A stretch of 64,000 nucleotides of DNA from Pseudomonadota bacterium. GTDB taxonomy: Bacteria; Pseudomonadota; Gammaproteobacteria; JAKAQQ01. Numbering within the stretch: position 1 is the first letter of the stretch; every line of letters starts with the position of its first letter. The notes beneath the pieces are model-generated. The model had not been told where the DNA came from, did no database searches, and was given only the letters and a program-made list of their open reading frames with translations. This document shows positions 38,482 to 47,768 of this stretch, piece by piece. The translations under genes were made by a program, and so were the position numbers. The stretch lies in the NCBI GenBank assembly GCA_027365475.1, contig DAHXNI010000024.1, positions 93,362 to 157,361 on the forward strand. The letters run 5' to 3'.

Positions 38482-39801
38482 GTGCCAGCGCACGAGGACT
38501 ATGATCGTGCCCGAGACCGACGGGCAATCGAGCGGACTCGGATACAGGTAACAGGTTGGCGAGGCGCCCGACTGTTATTTCTGTTAATCGGACCTGGTAT
38601 TCTGACGTTTCTCGGCGAAAACGATGCGCCGAGTATGCTTTCTTACGCGGCGACGGGTGCGCAATTCGGCATTGGCTTTTTTTTACCGTTTGTGGTGTCC
38701 ACTTTCGCGATTGCCTTCGTCATTCAGGAAATGGCTGCAAGAATCGGCACAGCAACAGGCCAAGGTCATGCAAGGCTGATTTTTGCGCGTTTTGGACGGT
38801 TTTGGGGCCATTTTGCGATGACGGACCTTTTCATTGGCAATTTTCTAACCCTTGTTACAGAGTTTATCGGCATTCGTGCTGGGCTTGGATTTTTTGGAGT
38901 TCCACCAGTCGTTGCTGTTGGCGGCAGCATCCTTGTCATCGGCTTGGCGATCTCGACCTCGCGTTATCACACCTGGGAACGGATCACGATGGTGCTCGCA
39001 CTCGGTAATGCGATTTTTCTTCCGGTTGCGTTTCTGGCGCATCCCGATTTTCATGCAATCGGACAAGCCTTACTGAGCTGGAGTCCGCTGCCAGGCGGAT
39101 TTCGTCCCGATGCATTCACCCTCATGATTGCGGATATCGGCGCAACGGTAACTCCCTGGATGTTGTTTTTTCAACAGGGCACTGTGGCTGACAAGGGATT
39201 GACCCCGCGTGAGTTGGCCGGTGCACGATTTGATACGGCGATGGGCGCCGCTCTGGCAGCGATTTTCGGTGTTGCGGCCATCGTGGCCACAGCACCGCTT
39301 TTGTCGCACCGCGTGAGCGCCCCAGCCTTCCAGGCAGCCCAGTTCGCTCAGGCACTCGAACCCTTGATTGGGCATCTTGGAGCCTCATTATTTGCCATTG
39401 GTATTTTTGAGGCTGGACTGGTCGCGGTGATTACCATATCAACCACTTCAGCCTATGCCTTTCATGAGATTCTTGGCGCACCTCACAGCCTGAACACTTC
39501 TCTGAGAGATGGGTGGCGCTTCTATGCTGTTTTACTCGGCTCAGCTGTCATTGCCGGCGGATTCACATTGGTTCCTGGAATGCCGCTTGAGGATATTGTG
39601 ATCCTCGTCAACGTGGTCGCAACACTGGCCATGCCACCGGCACTGCTTTTTCTTCTCGTGCTCGCTAACGATCACGAAATAATGGGTGCCTATCAGAACG
39701 GTTTACTGGCAAATATTGCCGGAATCGGGGTGACTGTGTTTCTCATCGCGTGCGGCCTCGGGTTTACAACAGTCGTCTTATTTCCGCATCTGTTGGGTTG
39801 A
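38482..39801 (+). CDS. mntH: Nramp-family divalent metal transporter with non-canonical metal-site residues
   Basis: 439 aa with about 11 TM segments that align with E. coli MntH. The TM1 motif is DAPS instead of DPGN, and TM6 is GATVTPW instead of GATIMPH. It is divergent from mntR. Confidence 0.8.
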   Translation: MPAHEDYDRARDRRAIERTRIQVTGWRGARLLFLLIGPGILTFLGENDAPSMLSYAATGAQFGIGFFLPFVVSTFAIAFVIQEMAARIGTATGQGHARLIFARFGRFWGHFAMTDLFIGNFLTLVTEFIGIRAGLGFFGVPPVVAVGGSILVIGLAISTSRYHTWERITMVLALGNAIFLPVAFLAHPDFHAIGQALLSWSPLPGGFRPDAFTLMIADIGATVTPWMLFFQQGTVADKGLTPRELAGARFDTAMGAALAAIFGVAAIVATAPLLSHRVSAPAFQAAQFAQALEPLIGHLGASLFAIGIFEAGLVAVITISTTSAYAFHEILGAPHSLNTSLRDGWRFYAVLLGSAVIAGGFTLVPGMPLEDIVILVNVVATLAMPPALLFLLVLANDHEIMGAYQNGLLANIAGIGVTVFLIACGLGFTTVVLFPHLLG

Positions 39802-40033
39802 CGCAAATTGTTGTGACACATCAGCACAAAATCCATCAATTGGACAAACAGTGTCTGACCTGCATACATCATCCTCGCCGGCGAATATCCCTATCCCTGA
39901 ACCCTCGCAGCAAAGTCGCTTGACGCTCAAGCCGAAACCATCCCGAATGCTCCTGAAACATAGGTCAGGCAAGGGTTTGGAACGTTTACCCATCTGCTAA
40001 ACCAGGCAATATGAATCAATGATCAAAAATAGC

Positions 40034-40061
40034 TTGCAAAAAATTAAAATACAGTTATACT
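40034..40061 (+). promoter_or_regulatory. putative sigma70 promoter in an AT-rich island (-35 TTGCAA, 16-nt spacer, -10 TATACT)
   Basis: Lies in an AT-rich stretch of about 100 nt (39995-40098) between mntH and the YtrA-ABC module, about 40 nt upstream of the ORF at 40099, which has a GAGGT RBS. Confidence 0.35.
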
Positions 40062-40098
40062 AGACCATAACAGTATTTCACTTTTTGAGGTTACGAAC

Positions 40099-40470
40099 AT
40101 GTCACTTCTTTTTTCGAAAAGTCGAGTAGCTCCTATAATCCGTGTAAATCAACAAGAAAGCAGCGCCCTCCATCTCCGTGGAGCCTTGGAATCTGTTTTT
40201 TTGTCGGATATAGTTATACTTGATTACAACACCAAACCCGCAGAAACCGAGAATCGCAGAGGGTGGGCTTCATGGAAATCATTATTACCAGCCGGACTTC
40301 TTCTGGGTACGCTCGTTGCCGTTTATTCTGGGGTTTCGGGCATTTTCGGAGCCCCCGACACGGTCTCGATCCATTTCATGGCCTGGGCACTGGCTGTCAC
40401 CGTCATTGCATCACTCCTCGTGAGCGGTGGGTTCCTCGCATTTGCAGCTCGCGAGCTCAGTATCCCCTGA
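40099..40470 (+). CDS. small membrane protein (123 aa, two C-terminal TM helices), first gene of the YtrA/ABC module
   Basis: GAGGT lies 7 nt upstream. The N-terminal 60 aa are soluble; two hydrophobic helices follow (LLPAGLLLGTLVAVYSGVSGIF, MAWALAVTVIASLLVSGGFLAF). GC content is lower than the surrounding DNA. Confidence 0.4.
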   Translation: MSLLFSKSRVAPIIRVNQQESSALHLRGALESVFLSDIVILDYNTKPAETENRRGWASWKSLLPAGLLLGTLVAVYSGVSGIFGAPDTVSIHFMAWALAVTVIASLLVSGGFLAFAARELSIP

Positions 40471-40517
40471 GTGGACAGACCCTGCACCCACATTCCATCC
40501 ACTGAGCGAGACAAACC

Positions 40518-40895
40518 ATGGCACAGCACACAACCTGGGATGACCGCGAACCAATATACCGGCAGTTGCGTGATCGTCTGGCCGCCATGATCCTCGACCA
40601 AAATGTGAAAGAAGGTGATGCGTTACCCTCGGTCCGGAGTATGGCAGCTGATTTCCAGCTGAACCCCCTGACCGTGCTCAAATCCTATCAGGGTCTCGTG
40701 GATGAAGGTGTGATCGAGAAACACCGGGGACTGGGCATGTATCTGGCACCGGGGGGGCGGGAGCGATTGCTCGAACGAGAACGCCGACGGTTTCTCGATC
40801 GCGACTGGCCAACCATCATCCAGACCATTGAACGTCTCGGGCTCGACCCCAAGGCGCTTGTCGACGCTCTTACCACCCAAACGCGGCCGGAGTAA
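40518..40895 (+). CDS. GntR-family transcriptional regulator, YtrA-like mini subfamily
   Basis: 125 aa with an N-terminal winged HTH (PIYRQLRDRLAAMILDQNVKEGDALPSVRSMAADFQLNPLTVLKSYQGLVDEGVIEKHRGLGMYL) and only about 50 aa C-terminal to it, which is the YtrA hallmark. Confidence 0.8.
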   Translation: MAQHTTWDDREPIYRQLRDRLAAMILDQNVKEGDALPSVRSMAADFQLNPLTVLKSYQGLVDEGVIEKHRGLGMYLAPGGRERLLERERRRFLDRDWPTIIQTIERLGLDPKALVDALTTQTRPE

Positions 40896-40900
40896 CTGAT

Positions 40901-41758
40901 ATGCCTGTACTTGTCGAAACAGATGCTTTGACCAAACGATACAAAAACCAGGTGGTTCTTGAAAATGTATCCATCGCGATTGAGGAAGGTTCGATTGTTG
41001 GTCTGCTCGGCCCCAATGGGGCCGGGAAATCAACCTTAATCCAGTGCATCCTGGGACTTCTTGCCTACGAAGGTCAATGCAGGACACTCGGACGGGATCC
41101 GAGACGTTCCCGTCACTTGCTCATGGAAAACACGACCTATGTGCCCGATCAGCTCTGCCTTCCGCTTTGGTTGAGTGTCGAACAGCTCCTTCAGTTCATG
41201 TGCAGCATCCATCCTCGCTTCTCGGAAAGCGAAGCGCGACGCTTCCTCAATCAAACAGAAATCAAGGGCTCATCAAAACTCTACAAACTGTCAAAGGGAA
41301 TGCTGGTTCAACTGCATCTGGCGCTGGCGCTGGCTACAGACAGCCAACTGCTGATCCTGGATGAACCCACACTCGGCCTAGATGTAACTCGGCGCAAGGA
41401 GTTCTGGAAACAAATCATCAACGACTATAGCGATGGGAAACGAACGTTGATCATCGCGACCCACTTGATTCAGGAAGTCGAGCATTTGGTCAGTCACTTG
41501 ATCCTGATAAACCATGGACGAATCACGCTCAACCAATCCATGGATTCTGTTCTGGAGCACTACCAAAGCGTTTTGGCTTTCCCTGGCCGCGCTCAGGATC
41601 TACGCGCCATGAATCCAGTCAAGGAACAGGAGGTATTCGGTCGGACCGTCTTTCTCTTCGAGGGCCGCTCGCCACGGGAACTCGCACAATATGGAGAAAT
41701 CCACCAGACCCATCTGACCGATATATTTGAAGCTGCCACTCAGAGGGACCCTTCATGA
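40901..41758 (+). CDS. ABC transporter ATP-binding protein
   Basis: Walker A GPNGAGKST, signature LSKGMLVQL and Walker B LLILDEPTLGLD. A C-terminal extension of about 80 aa is typical of ABC-2 partner ATPases. Confidence 0.85.
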   Translation: MPVLVETDALTKRYKNQVVLENVSIAIEEGSIVGLLGPNGAGKSTLIQCILGLLAYEGQCRTLGRDPRRSRHLLMENTTYVPDQLCLPLWLSVEQLLQFMCSIHPRFSESEARRFLNQTEIKGSSKLYKLSKGMLVQLHLALALATDSQLLILDEPTLGLDVTRRKEFWKQIINDYSDGKRTLIIATHLIQEVEHLVSHLILINHGRITLNQSMDSVLEHYQSVLAFPGRAQDLRAMNPVKEQEVFGRTVFLFEGRSPRELAQYGEIHQTHLTDIFEAATQRDPS

Positions 41759-42651
41759 ATGTCACCCGATTCGCTGCATTGGTCCGGCGTGAGCTTTGGG
41801 AGCGCCACTGGTTTATTCGACCCTGGCTCATCCTGTCGTGTCTGCTCGTCTTTTTCGGTTTGGTCGGGTTAACTTTGGTGGCGCTCTTCTCAACGACATT
41901 CGAAATCCGGGTGCAAGACTCCGTGACGCATCCGAGTGGAGCCATCCTCTTTCTGGGGCTGGGTACGATTTTCGGTCTGATCCTTCTGCTCCGCATCGCA
42001 AGCTATTTTGCGCATACCCTCCACGATGAACGGATGGATCGAAGCTATGTTTTCTGGAAATCCATTCCGGTTTCAGACACAGCAACGGTGGGCAGCAAGG
42101 TTTTTACGGGTCTTTTCGTCATACCTGTTGTGACCTGGGTCTGCCTCATTGCAACGAGCCTCATCCTGCTTTTCTTTCTCAGTCTGGCCACCAGTTTACT
42201 CGGACACAACTTCTGGGGAAGCTTCTGGGCGCCCGGTTCATTGATATCGACCAGTCTCTACCTGGCGGCTGTGTTTCTCACGCTGCCGCTTTGGTTCTTC
42301 CCGCTTTTGGCATGGTTCTTGCTCTGCTCGGCATGGAGCAGCCCGCGCATCAGAAAAAGCCCCCTTTTCATGGCCCTCGTGATTCCAGCGGCTCTGCTCT
42401 TGCTGGAACCTCTTCTCCTCGGGACTGATCTTTTTGCCTCCTGGCTCGCCAAGCTCTTCACTCCGATCAAACTGATCCTGATGCACACCTACAATCCCCC
42501 CCACTGGAGCTATGGACTCACCATGCCGGTTAGTTGGCTGGATTGGGCCCGTCTCTTCACTCAGCCCGAACTGTGGTGGGGTGGGCTGATTGGCCTCATC
42601 TTCACAGCTCTGGCCGTTTACCTCAGGCACCGCACTGAATCACATCGCTAA
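41755..42651 (+). CDS. ABC-2 type permease (6 TM)
   Basis: Start overlaps the ATPase stop (ATGA). About 6 hydrophobic helices, no soluble domains, 298 aa. Confidence 0.7.
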   Translation: MNVTRFAALVRRELWERHWFIRPWLILSCLLVFFGLVGLTLVALFSTTFEIRVQDSVTHPSGAILFLGLGTIFGLILLLRIASYFAHTLHDERMDRSYVFWKSIPVSDTATVGSKVFTGLFVIPVVTWVCLIATSLILLFFLSLATSLLGHNFWGSFWAPGSLISTSLYLAAVFLTLPLWFFPLLAWFLLCSAWSSPRIRKSPLFMALVIPAALLLLEPLLLGTDLFASWLAKLFTPIKLILMHTYNPPHWSYGLTMPVSWLDWARLFTQPELWWGGLIGLIFTALAVYLRHRTESHR

Positions 42652-42697
42652 GCCCGTTTGGTTGCAGCGTTTATCCATACTCCGTTATGAGGACATT

Positions 42698-43564
42698 CGT
42701 ATGAACCAAGTCACCACTCAACACTTCTATCGCCACGCATTCCTCCTCTTTCTTTTGGCCACGCTGGTGTTGACAACTGCAAAAGGCGCCCCATCCACAG
42801 TACACATCCTGAAGCTCAGTCACACAACGTTGACGCCTGCGGGTATCCAGCTGCTTCAGCTCAAAAACCGGGTTGGAACAGTTGTCTTCCAGGGGTCCCG
42901 AGATCAGATGATTCAGATCCACGCAAAGATCAAACCCCTGAATCATCATGGGGTCTATTTCTTTGGTCTCTTTTCCTGTTGCACTCAACGCTTCCAGAAG
43001 GAAATAGAGACTGCCTCCCTGCTCATCAAACGGAAGAAAACACACACACTCGTCATTTCACTCGATCTGCCACACGACCGCTCTCTCAAACATATCAAAG
43101 TCGATTGGAGCATCGAGGCGCCGGAGGATTTGGGTCTCAAGCTAAGAAATAACGTCGGCCCGATTGATATTCACGACATGGCAGGTACGATTCTTGTACA
43201 CAACAATGTCGGATCAATTGCGATCGGCGAGGCGCGCGCGAATGTAAATGCGAGCGTCAATGTTGGAACCATCTCAATCAGTGGAGCCAGACATTCCGTG
43301 TCGGCTAAAACGAATGTGGGATCGATCCATGTCCTGAGTGCAATAACATCAATCCATCGAATCAACCTCGACACGAATATTGGGACGCTCCATCTCGCAG
43401 GGATGCCCGTACGCGGGGGTTCGGGTTCCACGTCGACCTCGGTTCCCGTGGGTGGAAACTACCGATATACCGGTTCCGGCCGCTATACGATCCGCCTCAA
43501 GGCCAATATCGGAAAAATCGATTTGACACTTTCCGGCTCGCCAACTAAAGGCAGGAACCATTAG
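42698..43564 (+). CDS. secreted beta-helix repeat protein (DUF4097/putative-adhesin-like)
   Basis: GAGGA lies 8 nt upstream of the ATG at 42698. N-terminal signal-like segment (AFLLFLLATLVLTTAKGA). Six tandem repeats of about 20 aa with core (N/T)N(V/I)G-x-I-x-(I/L): NNVGPIDIHD, NNVGSIAIGE, VNVGTISISG, TNVGSIHVLS, TNIGTLHLAG, ANIGKIDLTL. The track start at 42590 overlaps the permease. Confidence 0.65.
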   Translation, partial: RMNQVTTQHFYRHAFLLFLLATLVLTTAKGAPSTVHILKLSHTTLTPAGIQLLQLKNRVGTVVFQGSRDQMIQIHAKIKPLNHHGVYFFGLFSCCTQRFQKEIETASLLIKRKKTHTLVISLDLPHDRSLKHIKVDWSIEAPEDLGLKLRNNVGPIDIHDMAGTILVHNNVGSIAIGEARANVNASVNVGTISISGARHSVSAKTNVGSIHVLSAITSIHRINLDTNIGTLHLAGMPVRGGSGSTSTSVPVGGNYRYTGSGRYTIRLKANIGKIDLTLSGSPTKGRNH

Positions 43565-43591
43565 GCGTTTCGAAATTCAGCACAGCTGCAG

Positions 43592-45607
43592 TCAACCCGG
43601 CATGGTCGAGGGGACGGGCCGAACTCCTTCGATCAGCCGGGTCTCAGCGCGGTCCAAGTCTTCGGGTGTACCGTAAAGAACGAGTGTATCACCGGGCCGC
43701 AACTCTGTTCCAGGAGCCGGCTGCTTGCCGACGATTCCCTCGCGCCTGAGCGCGGTGATCACGCATCCCAACTCTGAAAGTGCCATCTCTTCCAACGTCT
43801 GACCAATTGCTGCGGCATCGGGGCTCAAAATGATATTCCGGAGTTCTTCCCGAAAGGCGTGGACGGTGGAGCGTACAGGCGCTTCTCCACTCCGGAAAAC
43901 CGAACGCAAAAGTGAATAACGGGCTGCACGGACACGCTGAATCTGGTGGAAAATCCGGCTCAGGGGAACACCCAACACATGAAGCAGGGTGGCGGCCAGC
44001 ATCAGGCTCGCTTCGAGCGTTTCAGGAATGACCTCCGTAGCTCCCAAACGCTGTAGCTCGGCGAGATGCATGTCATCCAGGGTTCGCACTAGAATCGGAA
44101 TATCCGCACGCACCGGTCGGACACGGGAGAGGATCTCCATGCTGACTTGTACATCCTGATAAGCGATGACCAGTGCACGCGCATACATGAGTCCTACTCC
44201 TTCGAGCAGGGAGAGATCCGTGGCATCACCGTAATACACCGGATCCCCCGCCTGATGGGCCGCACGTACTCTCGCCAGATCAAGATCAAGGGCAACAAAC
44301 GGAATTCCGTTCTGCTCGAGAAAGCGGGCGAGGTTCTGGCCAACACGTCCATATCCGCAGAGAATCACCTGGTCCCGAAAGGCGGCCGGAACTGGAGGCG
44401 CGAATACCTCGGATAGCTGCTCTCCTGCTGGAGCAGACCGCACATGCAGCCAGCGGAATAATGATCGATTGAAACGGATGAGGAAGGTTCCCACGAGCAG
44501 ACTACCGATGATAATGCCCAGAACGACTTCGCCATCATTCCGATCCGGCCAAACCGATAGCGGCACAAACGCCATGAGGGCCAAGCCAAACTCGCCTACA
44601 GGTGACAGAACAAACGCTGCCCGCCAGGCCGTTTCCCGATCTCGTCCCATCATCCGGCTGACCCCGGCTGTAGTGAGAATTTTTATAGTCAGGACGATCG
44701 CGATGCCCACGGCCACAAGACCTCCATACTGGATCAGGACCGTCGGGTTAAAGAGCATCCCAATCGACACGAAGAACAATCCCAGAAGGACGTCTCGGAA
44801 CGGGCGGATATCCGCTTCCACCTGATGTCGGAACTCGGTTCCCCCGAGAATCATGCCGGCCAAAAAAGCCCCCAGCACAGCCGACATGCCAATCGACTGG
44901 GTTACCATGGCGGCAGTTACGGTTACGAGAAGCACAGATAACGTAAAAAGTTCGGCTGCCTTCCGCTTCGCAACTTCTCGAAACAGTCGATCAACTACAC
45001 CTCTTCCCACAATCCAGAGAAAAACCACGACCAGCGTTCCACGCGCCAGAACCCCGGCAAAAGTGCCCCAAGATTCCCCTATTCCATGGTGCCCCAACCA
45101 AACGGGGGCCAACATGAAAAGTGGAACGGCGAGAAGATCTTGCAGCAGCGACAAAGCCAATGTCAGACGGCCATGCGGCAAGGCCAGTTCGTTTTGCTCA
45201 GATAACTGACGGGCAACCAAAACTGTCGAGGAAAGAGAGAGAACAAACCCGAGGAATACCGCAAGGGGCCAAGACCACCCCAGTATCCGAATCAGGATGC
45301 ATCCTAGCCCGGCCTGAACACCGATCAATGCGAGAGAAAGAATCAGACTATTCTTTCGGATTTCCCGTAGCCGGGTTGGCGAAAACTCAAGTCCCAGCGT
45401 AAACAACAGCAGGATCACTCCCCAGTGCGCAAAGGTACGCACATCGGCGGTGTCGGCAAGCCACGCAAGCCCGTGTGGGCCGAGCAGAATACCGGCCAGA
45501 ACATAGGCCGGGATGAGCGGCAGCGTCAATCGGCGGAATACGGCCGAAAGGGTCACGGCAACCGCAAGGAGCACGACCAGACTCAACAGGACCGGGTTGA
45601 AGATCAC
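43592..45607 (-). CDS. kefC: CPA2-family monovalent cation:proton antiporter with C-terminal RCK (TrkA-N/TrkA-C) domains, KefB/KefC-like
   Basis: A 12-13 TM Na+/H+-exchanger domain followed by the Rossmann motif VILCGYGRVGQNLARFLEQNGIPFVALDLD and a TrkA-C-like tail. 671 aa. Confidence 0.85.
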   Translation of the reverse strand: MIFNPVLLSLVVLLAVAVTLSAVFRRLTLPLIPAYVLAGILLGPHGLAWLADTADVRTFAHWGVILLLFTLGLEFSPTRLREIRKNSLILSLALIGVQAGLGCILIRILGWSWPLAVFLGFVLSLSSTVLVARQLSEQNELALPHGRLTLALSLLQDLLAVPLFMLAPVWLGHHGIGESWGTFAGVLARGTLVVVFLWIVGRGVVDRLFREVAKRKAAELFTLSVLLVTVTAAMVTQSIGMSAVLGAFLAGMILGGTEFRHQVEADIRPFRDVLLGLFFVSIGMLFNPTVLIQYGGLVAVGIAIVLTIKILTTAGVSRMMGRDRETAWRAAFVLSPVGEFGLALMAFVPLSVWPDRNDGEVVLGIIIGSLLVGTFLIRFNRSLFRWLHVRSAPAGEQLSEVFAPPVPAAFRDQVILCGYGRVGQNLARFLEQNGIPFVALDLDLARVRAAHQAGDPVYYGDATDLSLLEGVGLMYARALVIAYQDVQVSMEILSRVRPVRADIPILVRTLDDMHLAELQRLGATEVIPETLEASLMLAATLLHVLGVPLSRIFHQIQRVRAARYSLLRSVFRSGEAPVRSTVHAFREELRNIILSPDAAAIGQTLEEMALSELGCVITALRREGIVGKQPAPGTELRPGDTLVLYGTPEDLDRAETRLIEGVRPVPSTMPG

Positions 45608-45801
45608 GATGCACTCGTCCTCAAGAAAGACTCACACCCCCGTTGGTTCTCCTCTCGGATACACAGCTGCATCCGGGTAGAATGAGGGCACGGCCAGCTT
45701 AACGCGGAATGCGCGGCCCCGAGGTTTGATCTCCAGACTATAATGACCGGATCGGTACCCACCCAGCCCACCACAACTCACGTATCCGGGATACCCAAAC
45801 C

Positions 45802-47754
45802 TTGGTAGACGCATCCCGATCTCCCACAACCGAACCAGCCCCCACCCAGGATAAAACCGCATCACGGACCCAACTGGCCTTCCTCAGCCTGGGTGCTCTG
45901 GGTGTCGTCTACGGGGATATCGGAACCAGTCCACTTTACACACTGCAAGCCTGCTTCATGGGGCAGGCAAGCTTCCCGATTCTCGCGACAAACGTGATCG
46001 GCATCCTGTCTTTGATTCTCTGGACTCTGACCATCACGGTTACCCTCAAGTATGTAATTTTCGTGTTACGGGCGGATAACCAGGGTGAGGGCGGAATTAT
46101 GGCTCTCCTCGCCCAGCTCAATATCCTAGGACCGAATCCGAATCCCCGCGTTCACCGCCGCCGCCGGTGGTGGCTTATCGTCTTGGGGCTTTTGGGAGCA
46201 ACTCTTCTTTACGGGGACGGAATGATTACTCCGGCCATATCGGTACTCAGCGCCATTCAGGGTCTTGATGTCGTGACCCCAGCGCTGAACCGATATATCG
46301 TACCCGCCACCATTCTGGTCTTGATCTTCCTCTTTGCCATTCAAAGACGAGGAACCGGCGACATCAGCAACTGGTTTGGCCCGATCATGACACTCTGGTT
46401 CGCTACCTTGGCACTGTCGGGGCTCGTCGAAATTATCCACCATCCCTTCATTCTGATCGCACTCAATCCCTTGACCGGACTTCGGTTTTTGCTAGAGCAC
46501 CGCTTGGGCGGATTTCTGGTTCTCGGTGCAGTGATTCTTGCGGTCACGGGCGCGGAAGCGCTCTATGCCGATCTCGGACATTTCGGCCGCTCCCCGATCC
46601 GTCTCGCCTGGTTTGCTCTGGTCTTCCCTGGACTCATTCTCAACTATCTTGGGCAGGGCGCACTGCTCCTTCACGACCCACAGGCAATCAGTGCCCCCCT
46701 CTATCAACTGGTCCCCCATTGGGCACTCATACCGACCGTCTTGCTGGCAACAGCTGCCACGGTTATTGCATCCCAGTCGATCATCTCGGGCAGTTTTTCA
46801 CTCATGGGACAGTCCATCCGTCTCAACCAAACGCCCCGATTGAAAATCATTCAAACCTCTCCTGAGAAAAAAGGGCGAATTTATATCCCGGCACTGAACT
46901 GGTTTTTGATGTTCGGCACCATTGGTCTTGTACTCGCCTTTCAAACCAGCAACAACCTTGCTGGCGCCTATGGAGTCGCAATCAGTACATTGATGTGGAT
47001 CACTACCATCTTCCTGATGATGCTGGCTCATCAGAAATGGAAGTGGCATCCGATCAAGGTCGCCGCAGTTCTCGGCGGATTTCTGCTGATCGATACTATT
47101 TTTTGGCTCAGCACACTGACGAAAATCGCAGAGGGGGGCTGGTTCCCGATTCTGATCTCGCTGATCCTCTTTACCCTGATGATGATCTGGTCGAGTGGGC
47201 GTCAAGAGTTGATCACGCGCCTGCAGACCGACATTGAGCCATGGGACGCATTTCTTGCACACCTCGAAGCATCACCTCCGGTTCGCGTACCAGGGACGGC
47301 GATTTATTTCACAGCACCCAATCTCGGCGTCCCGCCCGCACTTGCCAATCAGTTAACTCATCTCAAATGCCTACACGAAAACGTGATCCTTTTGACCGTT
47401 ATCACCGAGGATATCCCCACGGTACACGGCGAAAAGCGTCTCGACATCGAGAATCTAGGCCACAACTTTTTTCATGTGTTCGTTCACTTTGGTTTCATGC
47501 AGAACCAGAATATACCGGTTGCACTGGCAGCCGGAGCCCTGAAAGGAGGGGTTCCCTTTGACCCGCTCCAAGCAACATACTTTATCGGCCGCGAAAGTCT
47601 GATCATTCCGGAACGCGCACCTTGGCCCCGGCTCCCACGCCGGATATTTGCCTTTCTCTCCCGGAATGCCTCGCGGGCAACTGACTTTTATGAGATTCCC
47701 GCGGAACGGGCGGTGGAATTCGGGATCCTGGTCAACCTGACGCCGGATCGTTAA
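45802..47754 (+). CDS. kup: potassium uptake protein Kup (KUP/HAK/KT family)
   Basis: Near full-length alignment to E. coli Kup (GVVYGDIGTSPLYTL, RADNQGEGG, ITPAISVLSAIQGL, PPVRVPGTAIYFT). Confidence 0.9.
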   Translation: MVDASRSPTTEPAPTQDKTASRTQLAFLSLGALGVVYGDIGTSPLYTLQACFMGQASFPILATNVIGILSLILWTLTITVTLKYVIFVLRADNQGEGGIMALLAQLNILGPNPNPRVHRRRRWWLIVLGLLGATLLYGDGMITPAISVLSAIQGLDVVTPALNRYIVPATILVLIFLFAIQRRGTGDISNWFGPIMTLWFATLALSGLVEIIHHPFILIALNPLTGLRFLLEHRLGGFLVLGAVILAVTGAEALYADLGHFGRSPIRLAWFALVFPGLILNYLGQGALLLHDPQAISAPLYQLVPHWALIPTVLLATAATVIASQSIISGSFSLMGQSIRLNQTPRLKIIQTSPEKKGRIYIPALNWFLMFGTIGLVLAFQTSNNLAGAYGVAISTLMWITTIFLMMLAHQKWKWHPIKVAAVLGGFLLIDTIFWLSTLTKIAEGGWFPILISLILFTLMMIWSSGRQELITRLQTDIEPWDAFLAHLEASPPVRVPGTAIYFTAPNLGVPPALANQLTHLKCLHENVILLTVITEDIPTVHGEKRLDIENLGHNFFHVFVHFGFMQNQNIPVALAAGALKGGVPFDPLQATYFIGRESLIIPERAPWPRLPRRIFAFLSRNASRATDFYEIPAERAVEFGILVNLTPDR

Positions 47755-47768
47755 TCGAGGGCAGACAG

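Noticed and set aside
39778-39993. 71-aa Cys-rich ORF (8 Cys) on the minus strand next to the mntH 3' end.
   Set aside because: No Shine-Dalgarno. It overlaps the mntH coding end and has a composition consistent with a chance frame.
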